A DNA stretch of 64,000 bases from Chrysomallon squamiferum. Lineage: Eukaryota; Animalia; Mollusca. The notes below the pieces were generated by a model that worked only from the letters and a program-made list of their open reading frames with translations, did not search any database and had not been told where the DNA came from. The position numbers and the translations under genes were made by a program. The DNA lies in assembly GCA_012295275.1 (NCBI GenBank), contig CM022679.1, forward strand, positions 10,788,001 to 10,852,000, written 5' to 3'. Shown piece by piece: positions 31,113 through 44,413 of this stretch (position 1 is its first letter; every line of letters starts with the position of its first letter).

Positions 31113-32902
31113 TTTGTTTGTTTGTTTGTTTGTTTGTTTGTTTTCTTGTTTATTTGTTTTTTTTTGTTTGGTAATATTTATTATAATGACTAAGTAATAA
31201 ATTTGTTTAATATCTACTAAATGCACTCTAACATTAATGAATGATGGATTTTAAACAAATAATTTATATGTAAATTGTTTATAATGAATATAGTTATGCG
31301 AGAGCAGAAAGTCTGTGCCATTACTTCAAGGGCTGCTTTTAATGTTTAGCAGCGATAAATTTTTTTTTTTCATTATTTTATTTTTGTATGTACAAACCAT
31401 AATCTCTGAAATCTAGGTCGTGGAACATCAAATTTAAATTGAAACATCCAAGTTGGCCATGTTTCTCTTGAATTAATTAAAGAAGAAGAATAAATAGTTA
31501 TAGCAATGGCAGCTGCAACAGAAGAAGAAAGAAGAAAGGTAGAAGAAAAATAAAAAAGAAAAAATAAAAAAAGAAGAAAATAAAATTAGAATGAGAAAAA
31601 GAAGAAGAAATTAGATGAAGAAAAGAAAAGTTTAAAAGAACAAGAAAAGAAAGAAGTAAAGAAAAGTAGAAGAAGAAAGAAGAAAAAGAAAGAAGACTAA
31701 AACAGAAGGAAAATAAAAGAAAAGAAAAAAGAAAAGAATAAAGACACCAACTTCTTCATCAAAAGTGTACACAAAACGAAAAAGAAACAAACAAACATTT
31801 CAGAAGGATAAAATTTATTATTATTATTATTATTATATTATCATTATTATTATTATTTTTAGTTGCTGGAAATATGCACACAGTAAATGGCTTTGAATGG
31901 AAAAATTAATCTTTTGTACAAAATAGATTCCATTCGTTTATAATGTAAGTCAGTCGCAGAAATTAAACAGATAACGGCACAATTTGAGCGATCATTTGTC
32001 CATTTCTTACAAAGACTTTACGAAACGTATTACGTATACTAGTAGATATATTATCCAGACAAAGGTGTGAAAGGTGAAAAGGTTGGAGCTTACGGAAGAA
32101 AAACATAGGGCTATAATGTAGGGAAATTTGATTAAATAATTAAAACACATTCTTTTATAAAGTTCAAAGAATAGCAAATATTTGATTTTCTACTCAATAA
32201 ATAAATAAATAAAATAAATAATATAAAAAAGAAAGAAGGAAAGAAAGAAAGAGAGAAGAAAAGAAACTAGAGAAAAACGAAAGGAGATGGGAAACAAAGA
32301 TGAAAATAAATAAATAAATAAATGTCTTTTTTTGAAGACAAAATTTATACAAACAGTATCATGATTGCGTATATATTTTTTCAATGTAAAAACCAAAAGC
32401 AACTTCGCGAAAATTGGGTTGATGTTATTACAGAAACTACACGATTAATCTCGATCTATTTACTTATTTATTTATTTAATTATTTATTTATTCTTTTATC
32501 GATCTTGTCTAAAAGTATTTTTCTCTTACATTTTTCCATTTTATTTTCAAACCGAAATTAGCTATTTGATATTAAGGGAAACATATATATATTTTTTTTT
32601 AATAAAGAAGGTCTTCATATATACATCCTCTCTGAAGTCTGGTGTATCTTGGGTGAAACTTGTTAAATCAGACCAAACGTTTTAGTGGATTAATCGCTAA
32701 AAAGTATTCTAAAATTTCTATAAAAGCTGCAAAACGCAAAAAAAAAAAAAAAATATAAAAATTTAAATAAAATAAAATCATGATCGTAATTATTACAACC
32801 TTACGTAAAAAAAACCAAACATTAGAATTTATCTTCATCCCTTGGCAAAAAAACGGTGCAGCATCAAAATTGCAATAAATTGGTTGCCTCAGACGACAAT
32901 TT

Positions 32903-32928
32903 TCAACCCATCATCAGTTTATAGAATT
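32903..32928 (-). CDS. TnC: TnC alternative terminal exon 5b (EFYKLMMG*)
   Basis: tttcttctgttgtttacag|AA TTC TAT AAA CTG ATG ATG GGT TGA; phase 1, EF..LM.G end resembles scallop TnC. Confidence 0.88.
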
Positions 32929-34176
32929 CTGTAAACAACAGAAGAAATGTGTTTAAGAATTCACAGCCAAATTAAAATAAAAAAAATAAATAAGACAACA
33001 ACATCGTTAGTGGGATTATGTACAAGATGTTAAAGATAAATTTAAATAAATAAAAATGAAAAATAAAATAAAATAAAAAGTTTAAAAAGTAGAGCACACG
33101 TGTGCACCAAAACGTCGACCGTGCAGTTAGTGCCCATGTGTCGTGACTGAACAGGACGCAGACGAATCACACATGAAGACATTGGACAAAGACACAGTGG
33201 ACGTTGTTATCATTTGCTGACGACGAAGAAGACGACGACGAAGTAAACACAAAAGAGCATGACGTCACAGGACAATGACGCCACTGTGGCAGTAATAATA
33301 ATTATAATAATAATTAAATATAAACGGGCTCCAGGTCAAAAAAAAAAAAAAAAAAAATTTAAAAATATTTAAAATAAAATAGATAAAAGACAGTTTGGCA
33401 GGTTTTGAAGTATGCATGGATCTGGCGTGGTTGAGTTTTCTTTGACAACAGAGAGTCTTATAAAAATGTATACAGCTTGTCCTTCGGCTAACGAACTCAG
33501 TTGCAGATCGCATGAGGCGCGAATGATTGAGGCAAAGAAGACTGGAACCCATCGTTGAAAACACGTTCATGACGTCATCAGATTTTTGAACTCTGCAAAG
33601 AGAGGAATACTTAATTCATTGCTTCCCTAAATAAGATGGCAACCAACCGTGTGACGTACTGTAGAGTTTATTACTAACAATACTCGTCTGTTACGTCAGT
33701 GTTAAAGGCGACTTCTGCAAATATAAGCAACAAGTGATGACGTATACAAATTGTGTGCTGTATATATTGTAAAAACGGACATTTATTCGTACATTTTATA
33801 CCACTTTATCTGTGAAACAATTCCCTGATTTTAACCTTTAATGTATAAAAAATAATTAAAAAAATTAAAAATAAAAATTAAACTTTCAAGATTGTATTGT
33901 TTCGGACCAGATAGCATCTCCCATTTCAAAGTATGACAATAAAATAATACTGTTACAAAATACTTGAACGCCGACATTTTGTTCATTCTTAAATGGTGTT
34001 GTGACGTCACCGCATACTTTAACTCTGAAACAAACTTTAAAACCAGTCGATTCCCCGTGTACGCAATGACGTCACGACTTGTTAAATATGGCGACGCCCT
34101 CATATTTTAAGTGTATCTTTTTGTTATACTCCTTTGTTAATTAAGAATGGACAAAATAAATACATAAATTAAAAAA

Positions 34177-34210
<34 letters not shown>

Positions 34211-34218
34211 TAAATATA

Positions 34219-34288
<70 letters not shown>

Positions 34289-34492
34289 TAACAGAATGAA
34301 GAATATATTTAGAACATGCCTTCGCATTACAAAAAGTAAGTGAACTTGAATGGAGTGGACATTTTATTTTTTTTAGTGGACATTTTATTTTTTTAGAATA
34401 TGTTTATTTATTTGTTTTTTATTTATAATTTTAATATAAAAAACGTAAGAACATTTATGTTATTAACGTAACTTTCAAATTGTTTATTGTTT

Positions 34493-34524
<32 letters not shown>

Positions 34525-34993
34525 CATATTATTATTATAATTATAATTATTATTATTATTATTATTAATGGACTCCTAGAAACCTGGAAATATACTTCTG
34601 TGCTATCCCATCTTTTCCCCACGCCCGGATATCACATACTGACGTCACAAAGACATGAACTAAACACGGCATAGTGTCTGTGATAAGACTACGTACAGCA
34701 CAATTCATGCACGTCACTCTTGTACATGCAGCTCATGCATAATACAGTCGTAAAATCTGAGTCCATGAAAATAAGACTTTAACCTTTCCTAAAATAAAAC
34801 CGAGCTCAGCATATTTTAATATTCACCATTATTTGGGGGTCTATCACGTTTTATTTACAATTTATTTCGATACGAGAGAGGAAACCCGCTACTTCGTGAA
34901 CTAATAATGAATGGATTGACAGATGCAGGGACGGATGGGTATGAATAATACTAATAATGAATGGATGTATGCATGTGTTCAACCAAAATTATG

Positions 34994-35037
<44 letters not shown>

Positions 35038-35205
35038 GTATGTGTGTATAGATGGGTGGATAGTGAATAAATGAATAAATGAATGAAAATACCGCTGTGT
35101 TCTTTTCTAAATTCAGGTCTTCAAGTTTGTAAAGTTTTATAAGCATGGACCCTTAAACACTGACGTAACATATAGACATGTATATTATACATTAAAACTA
35201 GCTAG

Positions 35206-35256
<51 letters not shown>

Positions 35257-36178
35257 CTACTGATATTAGAAATACAATTTTTGAAACGATATCGGCTAAA
35301 TCTAAAACTGAAGTAAATGTCAATTTAAAAAAAAAAAAAAAAAAAGGAAGAAAAAAGAAGAAATGTTTCATCAACACATATAATATATTTTCATTTTTCA
35401 TCGAAATAATGTACACATATCCTTTATCAAAACAATGCTTTAAGCTTGTAAAAGTTTCTTGAATAACAAAAATAGCATATAAATTATTAATCTGTCTCCA
35501 AGAGATACAGCGTGAAGATTTAAAATATATTTACATTCCAGAATGTTGTTGTTATATTAATTCTGTAGTTTCAACAGTATGTGTAATCCATACTCTAAGA
35601 ATATTTAGAAATTGTGTATTGATTATACCATCTGTGTATGATTATGTGTATGTATAAAATATTACACGCTTCTAATCTATGATGTGTTTGATATACGTGT
35701 AGAAACTCCCAAATATCTTAATCTGTTATTTATAAATTTCATAATGTCTTCATAAATATGTTATATATTAAGCAAAATGAGTTGTCTAATGTATTTATAA
35801 TATTCTGCAATAGTTCAGCCCACATAACACGATGTATTAATTCAAAACAGTACAATCTTAAGACGCTTAATTCATACAACATCAGATAACACTTGATAAA
35901 TTCTGCGATATTTAGAACACATGCTTAACAGATATCTTGATGAATACTTTGTGTATCTGTCGTGAAACAGTATATTCTTATTTAATCATCTTTTGTTATA
36001 TATATATAAAATTCTGAAACACCTGCATGTATGTAATATCACGATATTTGTATAGCATCGTGTATCGTGTGTATAAACAGTACTACAGTGTTTCATAACA
36101 GACCGTTAATATATAATCTGTCTGTGTATGTATCTGTTTATCAATGCCTAAATGTATATATGTAATCTGAGGTATCTG

Positions 36179-36210
<32 letters not shown>

Positions 36211-36246
36211 GACATACATTTATTTATTTATTTATTTGTTTATTTA

Positions 36247-36277
<31 letters not shown>

Positions 36278-36719
36278 TTTTTATTTATTATTTAAATGTA
36301 CCTTCGTAATCTACGGTGCCGCTCCCATCTGTGTCAGTTTCCATGATCATGTCCTCGATCTCCTCGTCAGTGAGGTCGTCACCAAGACTCCTGAGAATCC
36401 ATCTGAGGTCGTCCACCCCGATGACGCCCTTGCTGTTTTTGTCCAGTACTCGGAATGCCTCCCTCAACTCGCGTTCGTCCTCGTCCTCGCGCAGTTTGAG
36501 TTCGAAAATGGGTTTGAACTGTTCCCACGTGATGAAACCGGTAGCTGTAACACGATGTATGAAAATGTAGCGTGTCACAGAAATAGCGGTTTAGTGTTTG
36601 GGGTGAGTCTGATGTTGAGTGAAGGACATGTACAAACTCTGTTTCTCAGATATACACACATTAATTCAGACATGGATTTATATTTTTTCTGTTAGGTATT
36701 CATAAAATAAATCCAACTG

Positions 36720-36815
<96 letters not shown>

Positions 36816-39800
36816 GTCTTATTCTCATTGTGTCTGAATCTCTCTCAGCCTTTCACTCACTGTCACAGAATGTGAAAAAATAAAAATTTCGGATAGTGAT
36901 GTGTTTCATTGCAACAGGCTAAATAGACGAAATACACTGCATGTTATCGTATTTGAATGAATAATGATACATTCTCAGTGTTCTCAAGGTAATATTTTCA
37001 TGAAGAAGAACATTATTACAACGTGATAAGAAGAATTTTAATTATCATTACCCTCCTCATCTGCCTCGTCAGCCCATTCCTTGAGTTTTCCATCTTCTAC
37101 TTGAAGACCTAAACCTTTGAAGACTGAGGCTAATTCTTTTGTTGAAACTTCGCCATTTCCCTTCTTGTCAAAGAGCATGAACGTTGTGTGAGCATCTGCA
37201 AATATATGGTATAAAACAACTGATTTATAATTTCACTAGTTAACGAATTTGTGTTACCTATAAGAATATTTCTGTATCTTTGCGACGTAATTTCAGTAGA
37301 TTTAAATTTTGTGTGTCCGTTATAACATCTGAATTTATAGGAACAAGAAAAAGTAATCCCAAAACAACCTTATTAAAAAATATTAGCATATATATATGTG
37401 TGTGTGTGTGTGTGTACGTATGTATCTGAAACATAGATATGTACAATATTGCATATCAAGCGTGTAGACACAGCTTACACAGATAAACAATGACAGTATT
37501 AGCAGTATTATGAATTAATTTAAAGTAATGAAAACTAACAAAAAAGACCTTCATTTCACTAAATACATTTTTTATCCTGAGGGCAGATGACTGAAGGATT
37601 AGATAGAAAATAATAATAATAAAAACCCCAAAAAAACAACAACAACAGTAGACTAAATCTGTAATTTCTAAGAAATAATCCTTTGAAAATAAGTGTGTTT
37701 TGACTTGGTTGTTGAATCAGAGCGAACATGAAGGACAAATAATTGTTATTTTTAATTAAATCGATATTGTAAATATATAATTATCAGTCTGATATAACAT
37801 GGAAAAAATGTGTAATAACTTCCCACACATAATGACGTTAGACAGGTAAGAAAAAAAAAAAAACGAAGATGCCGACTGCACGAAATGAATGAGAATATCA
37901 ATACAGTAATGACTGCTTCTACAGTAACAACAGCTACAACTACAACCATCACCATCATCATCACTACTACCATTATTAATAGCATTAAACTATCATAAAA
38001 ACAGCTATACAACTACCACTAAAACCACCACAACGTTTACTACTACTATTACTACTACTACTTCTACTACTTCTTCTTCTACTATTACTATTGTTTCTGC
38101 TGTCGGTATTGCCACTGCTGTTACGCTACTATTATTACTAACTATATTACGAAGACATCAACAAATTAACTAAACAAGATAGAGGAAAGAATGTTCATGT
38201 ATATAAATACATGAATGAAACTGCGTTGTTTATATTTCTCACTGCAAAAAAAATAAGAATAATAACACGCAATATCAGAGACGCAAACAAATCTTTAAAC
38301 AAGTTTAAGCTGGCTGTTTAACTAACCGCAGCCTAATTCCCTGTAAAACTACTCTGCACTGCATCCAGTCGTCATGGCAACCAAATATTCCTGGGATGCT
38401 ATTCTTGGTTTGCACTTAAAAGATCTCCCCTTTTCCGACGTATTATTCCCCCCGCCACACACACACTTACTTTCAGGTGTTTCAAGTTACCTTTTATAGC
38501 TATAATTTATATATATGTATGTATATATATATACTTCTTCTTTATGTTCCAAATCGTCTTGTAGCACCTGCAGCCTTTTTAGCAGATTAGTGAAGTAATC
38601 TAGTAATCAGGGAACTAATCTGGCACCAGCCATTTCTGTACCAGGATAGCAATACCCGTCTACACAGCAGCCCGATATATGGTAGCTTGGAATCCGCGAT
38701 GTATTCCTGCTATAGAGTTACCAGTTTCACGCTCAGCCTGTCTGCATACTAGGATAACGTACGCTAACGTAACTCTGAGTTACGTTGTGACTGCTAAATT
38801 ATGACGTTTAATTTTACGGTAATAGATAATTATCTCGCTTTATTTTCATTTGTTTCTTTTCTTTTATATTTATTTATTTATTTTATTTTATTTTTTATTT
38901 TTTTATTTTTTTATTTTTTTTTTTTTTTTTTTTTTTGTTTTATTTTTTTAGATAATGAAGAAATACAGGTTCGATACACTTATTCAGTTTTCCGCATCAT
39001 TGAATACACAGCTAACAAGTTCATTCTGCAACTTAAAGATGTGAAGAATGTTACTGCCTTAGAAAATAATATAGATGTTATTATTAACATACTGAGTCAG
39101 AGGTATGCACTGATCCTACTGTTTCTTGGTTTATTGTTTTTTTTCAGAATGTTTCCTCACAGTAACTGGTTTTATGGGTAAAAGTAGGACACAGCTTATG
39201 CAGCATTCAGGTAATAATACATTGCGTGTGAGCCAAGCGTTTTTATATTTTTATATTTATGTTTTATTTCAAGTGAAGTGATGATGTAATTAGTCGATTA
39301 GTGTGGTATGAATGATTCTCTACAGGATACGTTTTATGCATAACAGTAATATCTGATTACTACTACTACTACTGTCATTACAACTACTGCTGCTGTCTGA
39401 TTACTACTACTACTACAACTACTGCTGCTATTGCTGGTGCTACTGCTATATCACTATAACTATTATTACTACTGTTACTTCTACTACTATTGTTGCTCCC
39501 ATTATTATTATTTTTATTGCTATTACTACTACTACTATTGCTACTACCATTACTAATGCCACTATTGCTGTTACTAGTCGAAACTCTATTATTGTTCGTC
39601 CTACTTTCCTCCTTCTTCCTTTCCTCTTACTATTACTACTATAACTAAGATTATGATTATGATTGTTATTTTTTCTCAATATTTTTCTTTTTACGTCAAC
39701 AAAAAAAAATTAAACCTATATTCAAATTTTTAATTTAAAAAAAAAAAAAAAATTAAATTAATAAACATTCTGGCTATTTCGAGTTACGAAGTCATGAACC

Positions 39801-40270
39801 TGGCAGAAGAAAGATGATGTCAACAAACCATCGTCTGTTATCAATCCATCGAGCAATTAATTACAAAAAAACTGCATTAATCCTTACACGCAGACGTAGT
39901 GCTTGAATATGCATGTTAACCTGCAACAATTAAATAATGCTCTATACATTTGGTATGTTAGATCATCGACATCGGCGGCATCATCATCATCGTTATCTAC
40001 CATCTGGAAAAACAGAAGGTTAAAAGTCTGGTGGCTACATCTGGCAAAATCGCGCGTTAACGAGAAACATTCGGGAATAATCCACAACAAAAAGTGTGTG
40101 CAATATAAATGAAGAGTTTCCTTTGGAAAAATGCAGAAACGGGTCCGGGTTATAACAAAGAGGGACGCCATCATGTGATAAATAAAAATGTTCTCGTTCT
40201 GTCGGCGCAAAATGGACAAATGAGAAATCAGAGGAGTGTATGAAACGATACGTCCTTTTATATAATAATA

Positions 40271-40319
<49 letters not shown>

Positions 40320-40823
40320 GAGAGTAAGAAGAAGAAGAAGAAGAAGAAGAACAAAAACAACAACAATGCAACAGAATTCGATTTTCATCTAAATAAAACC
40401 TAAATTTGAATTCAACGTAAACGTAATTTCGTTATTAGTGCAAGAGATTTCATATTGTTATTAATAATTGTTATAAGCGTTATCGTGACTGATACTCACC
40501 ATTATACTGTTTCTCTGTTATCTTAAAATTTTCACCCTGAAAAAGAAAGGATACACGTCATTTTATTAAGAGTGAAGAATGAGCAGGATACAGTTTTAGT
40601 GTTAATTTTTGTAACTATGTTTTTTAAATCAAATGACTTGGTGAGCATATTATACAATACACACATACATTTATACATTAAATCATACACCTATATACAT
40701 TTGACTGATACAAGTATAATCAATTTGGTAGGTTACTAATGTAGGAAAAAGCAAAACAACAACACAAAATAACTGAAAAGAAAGGTTTAAAACCTTCAAC
40801 TGACATGGATGTATGTACGCATG

Positions 40824-40910
<87 letters not shown>

Positions 40911-43900
40911 CTCTCTGTGTGTGTGTATACACAGAAAATATACATACATATACACATATAAATAAACTACATACTCATGCAAACAAATAATATATTCAAT
41001 ATATTCGAGTTATGTGCACCATGAAAGAAACCAAGACATCTTGATTTCGTATGCCAATATCCTGACCTCCGATACCTAAAGCGTATGAAGATGAAAACAA
41101 AGCATGACAAATATGTTCTCTACATGCGTCTATATTTATTTTAAATGAGTCTTCCGGAATAGACGCTAGGCCTGCAAGTATTTACGATTTATTTTGAACA
41201 GCGCACTCTGCTATTTCTTGTGAAAAACCAGAACATGTGTTATCAGTTTTCAGTTTGCAGACAGATTATAGACTGAAACATGACAGAAAGAGAGAGAGAG
41301 AGATTATGGGATGAGTTTTTGAAGAAGCAGACAAAAATTGGGTTCAAAATATCGCGATTTCGAGAAAGCACGCCATTTAGGAGGCAGCTCAAGTTTGGTT
41401 TAATATTTCGTTAAATGAACCTCTTTAAGAGAAACAGATTAAAAAAACAAATAAATAACAAACAAACAAAAAACACAGACAACAAGAGTTTCAGTATTGG
41501 TTATTACTAACATTCGGAAGCTAAATTAGTGGGATTTTTTATTGTTCAAGAAGGATTTTTAATCTCTAAAGATTGCTCTGTTGTTTTTTTTTCAATTAAT
41601 ATCCCATGAATACAGTTTCTCTCATTTTCAATAATTATAATAATAATTATTATTATTGTTGCAGTTTTGTTATCATTACTCCTATTTCTACAAAACTGAT
41701 ATATTTTATTTTATTTCAAATGATTTGATGCTGGCTATTCTAGCAAATTCTTGCCAAAACGCCTACTCGAGCCAGTTCACCTGTAACCCAAGGTGCCGTT
41801 CTGCGATTGCGCTGATATTTGTAAAAACAGAGAGCCACAGAAGTATCTGCTAATTCTTCAGTAAGTTAGACGATAAGATTGCACGATTCAGCATTTAGAA
41901 TGCAGATAAGACGAAACTTGCACACAACTGGTAAACGGCCAATGCGGAGAAAACCTGCGTTCTAGACGTAAGCGGTGCATCTTGTGCCTAGCAACAAGGC
42001 AGCCGACGTTCGACGTTAGCCCTCTTTCCTCGGTGTTTATTATCGTTTGCACCTGTTGTATATTGCCACAGATAATACACACAAGTATTTTGTATATATT
42101 TGGTTTCAGACGGGCATGTCAGAAAGAACCCTATCCGTAGTCTTGCTATTTTGAAAGGAAAAAAACGACAAGCATGTTAATTTGGTTACATACTTTTAGG
42201 AAACTAATACACACATTTAAGGTATAAATGTTTTTGGGGCTGAGGTTAAGTGAAAAAAATAGAGGGGTGAATTGAAGAAAGAAGTCTGAATACTAACATA
42301 TTTTGTGATTAAATGTCGAAATTCTTAATACTAAAGTTTTTATGCAAACGTCTAAATGAAAATAAAATACAATGGAACCCGTTAATCATTTGTAGATGAA
42401 CTTTTCATTTCTGGTGCTGGTTTTTATCCGTTTTTTTTTGGATTTTTCTTGTGCGTTTTTTTTGTTGTTGTTGTTGTTGCTGCTGTTATTTTATTTTATA
42501 TTTTTTTTTTTTTTTTTTTTTGTTTTTGTTAAATCAGAAAATATGTAATATAAGTTTTATCGACTCGAACTGGAGTTATGGTACCTGAGAACCGACAGGT
42601 GGCAGTATTATTTAGCGGTCTGGCTGGTAGCCAAGCAATTATTCTGACAAATTCCGAGCATTAAACCACATCATTATTTACCTTATGTCAAATTTAGCCT
42701 TAATCACCTTGAACATTATTTTAAAAGCAAGAATAAATATAAATAAATAAATACTGATGATGATGATGATGGATGTAATAATAATACATTTTGTGTTTAG
42801 AAAACCCACCTACAAATGTATATATATATAAAATAAATTAAAGTAATATGAAATAAAGTAAAATTAACGTGGACGTTAAAAACTATTTATAACTCAAAAT
42901 TAATCAAAATGCAAAACTTCTAAACAGTTTAGCTGTGATTTTGAAAAATGGAAGACATCGTTCACAAAAATACATAATTCTGTCTGTGCCAGAACGGGTT
43001 ATTAGAACTCAGATTTCTGGTCAAAGTTATTAGGTTTGTAAGATACAGATTAATTAGAACAAATCGGTGCACAAGTTAAAAAGGTAAAAGGTATACAAAT
43101 ATGGGGAAATGACATTAATATTCGAATAAAAAATATTAATTAATATCTGAATAAAATGGTATAAGTTTCACGTGCCGTAAACTTAAATAAAATGAGTTAA
43201 TGCATTTTAATATACTTTCAAGTAATTATTTCATTTCTACCTGACACCAAAACCATCGATACCAATAAAAAAATAAAGAATGTCAGAGAATTTCTCGGTT
43301 TTATAATGCTTTTGCGTAAATAAGAAATACAGAGAAAAATTTACAGATCTAGAACATTTTACAGTAGACTACAGTATCAATTACTACTACTACTACTACT
43401 ACTACTACTAACTACTACTACTACTATTATTATTATTATTAATATTTTATATAAAGGTTACGCAGCCTCCATCCATTCTTATAAGCAGGGTATTTTATTT
43501 TCATTCTTTATTATTAACAAAGGTTGGTAGCAAGATTAAATCAAATAACTACAATTATATAAAACACTTTTAATTTACTTAACTCTGTATATTGTAAGGA
43601 TTGTATCATCTTGTTGAAGTGATATCTTATAAACAAAAAAATGTTTATCATTCTAAAACATTTTCCGAAACCTAAAATTTTGGTATATTTTGCACTATTA
43701 TAAACTGAACAAAATAGAGTCAAAATAATATTGTTATTGGTATTGTAAGTGTCTCTGAAACCAGTTAGGCCTGCACATTATGAACTAACCAGTGACTATT
43801 AAGCTGAACTGCTCCTAAAGAAAAGATAAACTAAACAGATGGCACCAACTACAATCACCAAGACTGGAATGTTACACAGGTTATCCCGACCTAACCACTT

Positions 43901-44362
43901 TGACTGGAAGAAAAACAAACATGATACAGGACAGAATTTCACCGAAATTTATTCTAAAATAAAATTTAAAAAAAAAAAATTAAATGATTTTTCATTACGA
44001 AAGATAAACATTTCAAATGAGATATCTGCAACAAATTTAACTACGTGACTAATATTTATCTAAAAAAAAAAAGAAAAAAAAAATAAAAAAAAATTCCAGA
44101 TTCCTTTACCGTACTTTCTTTTTTTTTTTTTTTTTTTGGTTTGGCTTGTTTTAGAAGTTTTATTCTCAGACATGGCTAAAACGAGAAACAGATTTCTTCC
44201 AGAGAAGTTAGTGGAAGAATTCTTATCTCTGAACGTCTGCAATGCTTCTGACAAGTCGCTGAATTATGACTCATTAGCACGCTTATGGAATAAACACACA
44301 CTCGTGATTTCTTCATAAGGTATTCTTTTAAACTATCATGTTACGCCTTTACCTGACACACA

Positions 44363-44413
<51 letters not shown>

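Noticed and set aside
36316-36570. Plus-strand 84-aa Ser-rich ORF
   Set aside because: Antisense shadow of TnC exon 4.
36288-36578. Calling the EF-hand ORF calmodulin or a processed pseudogene
   Set aside because: It has proper splice sites and partner exons, and its motifs and degenerate loops I-III fit molluscan troponin C.
42880-42895. MEF2-like CTATTTATAA in TnC intron 1
   Set aside because: Such AT-only motifs are expected by chance at this base composition.
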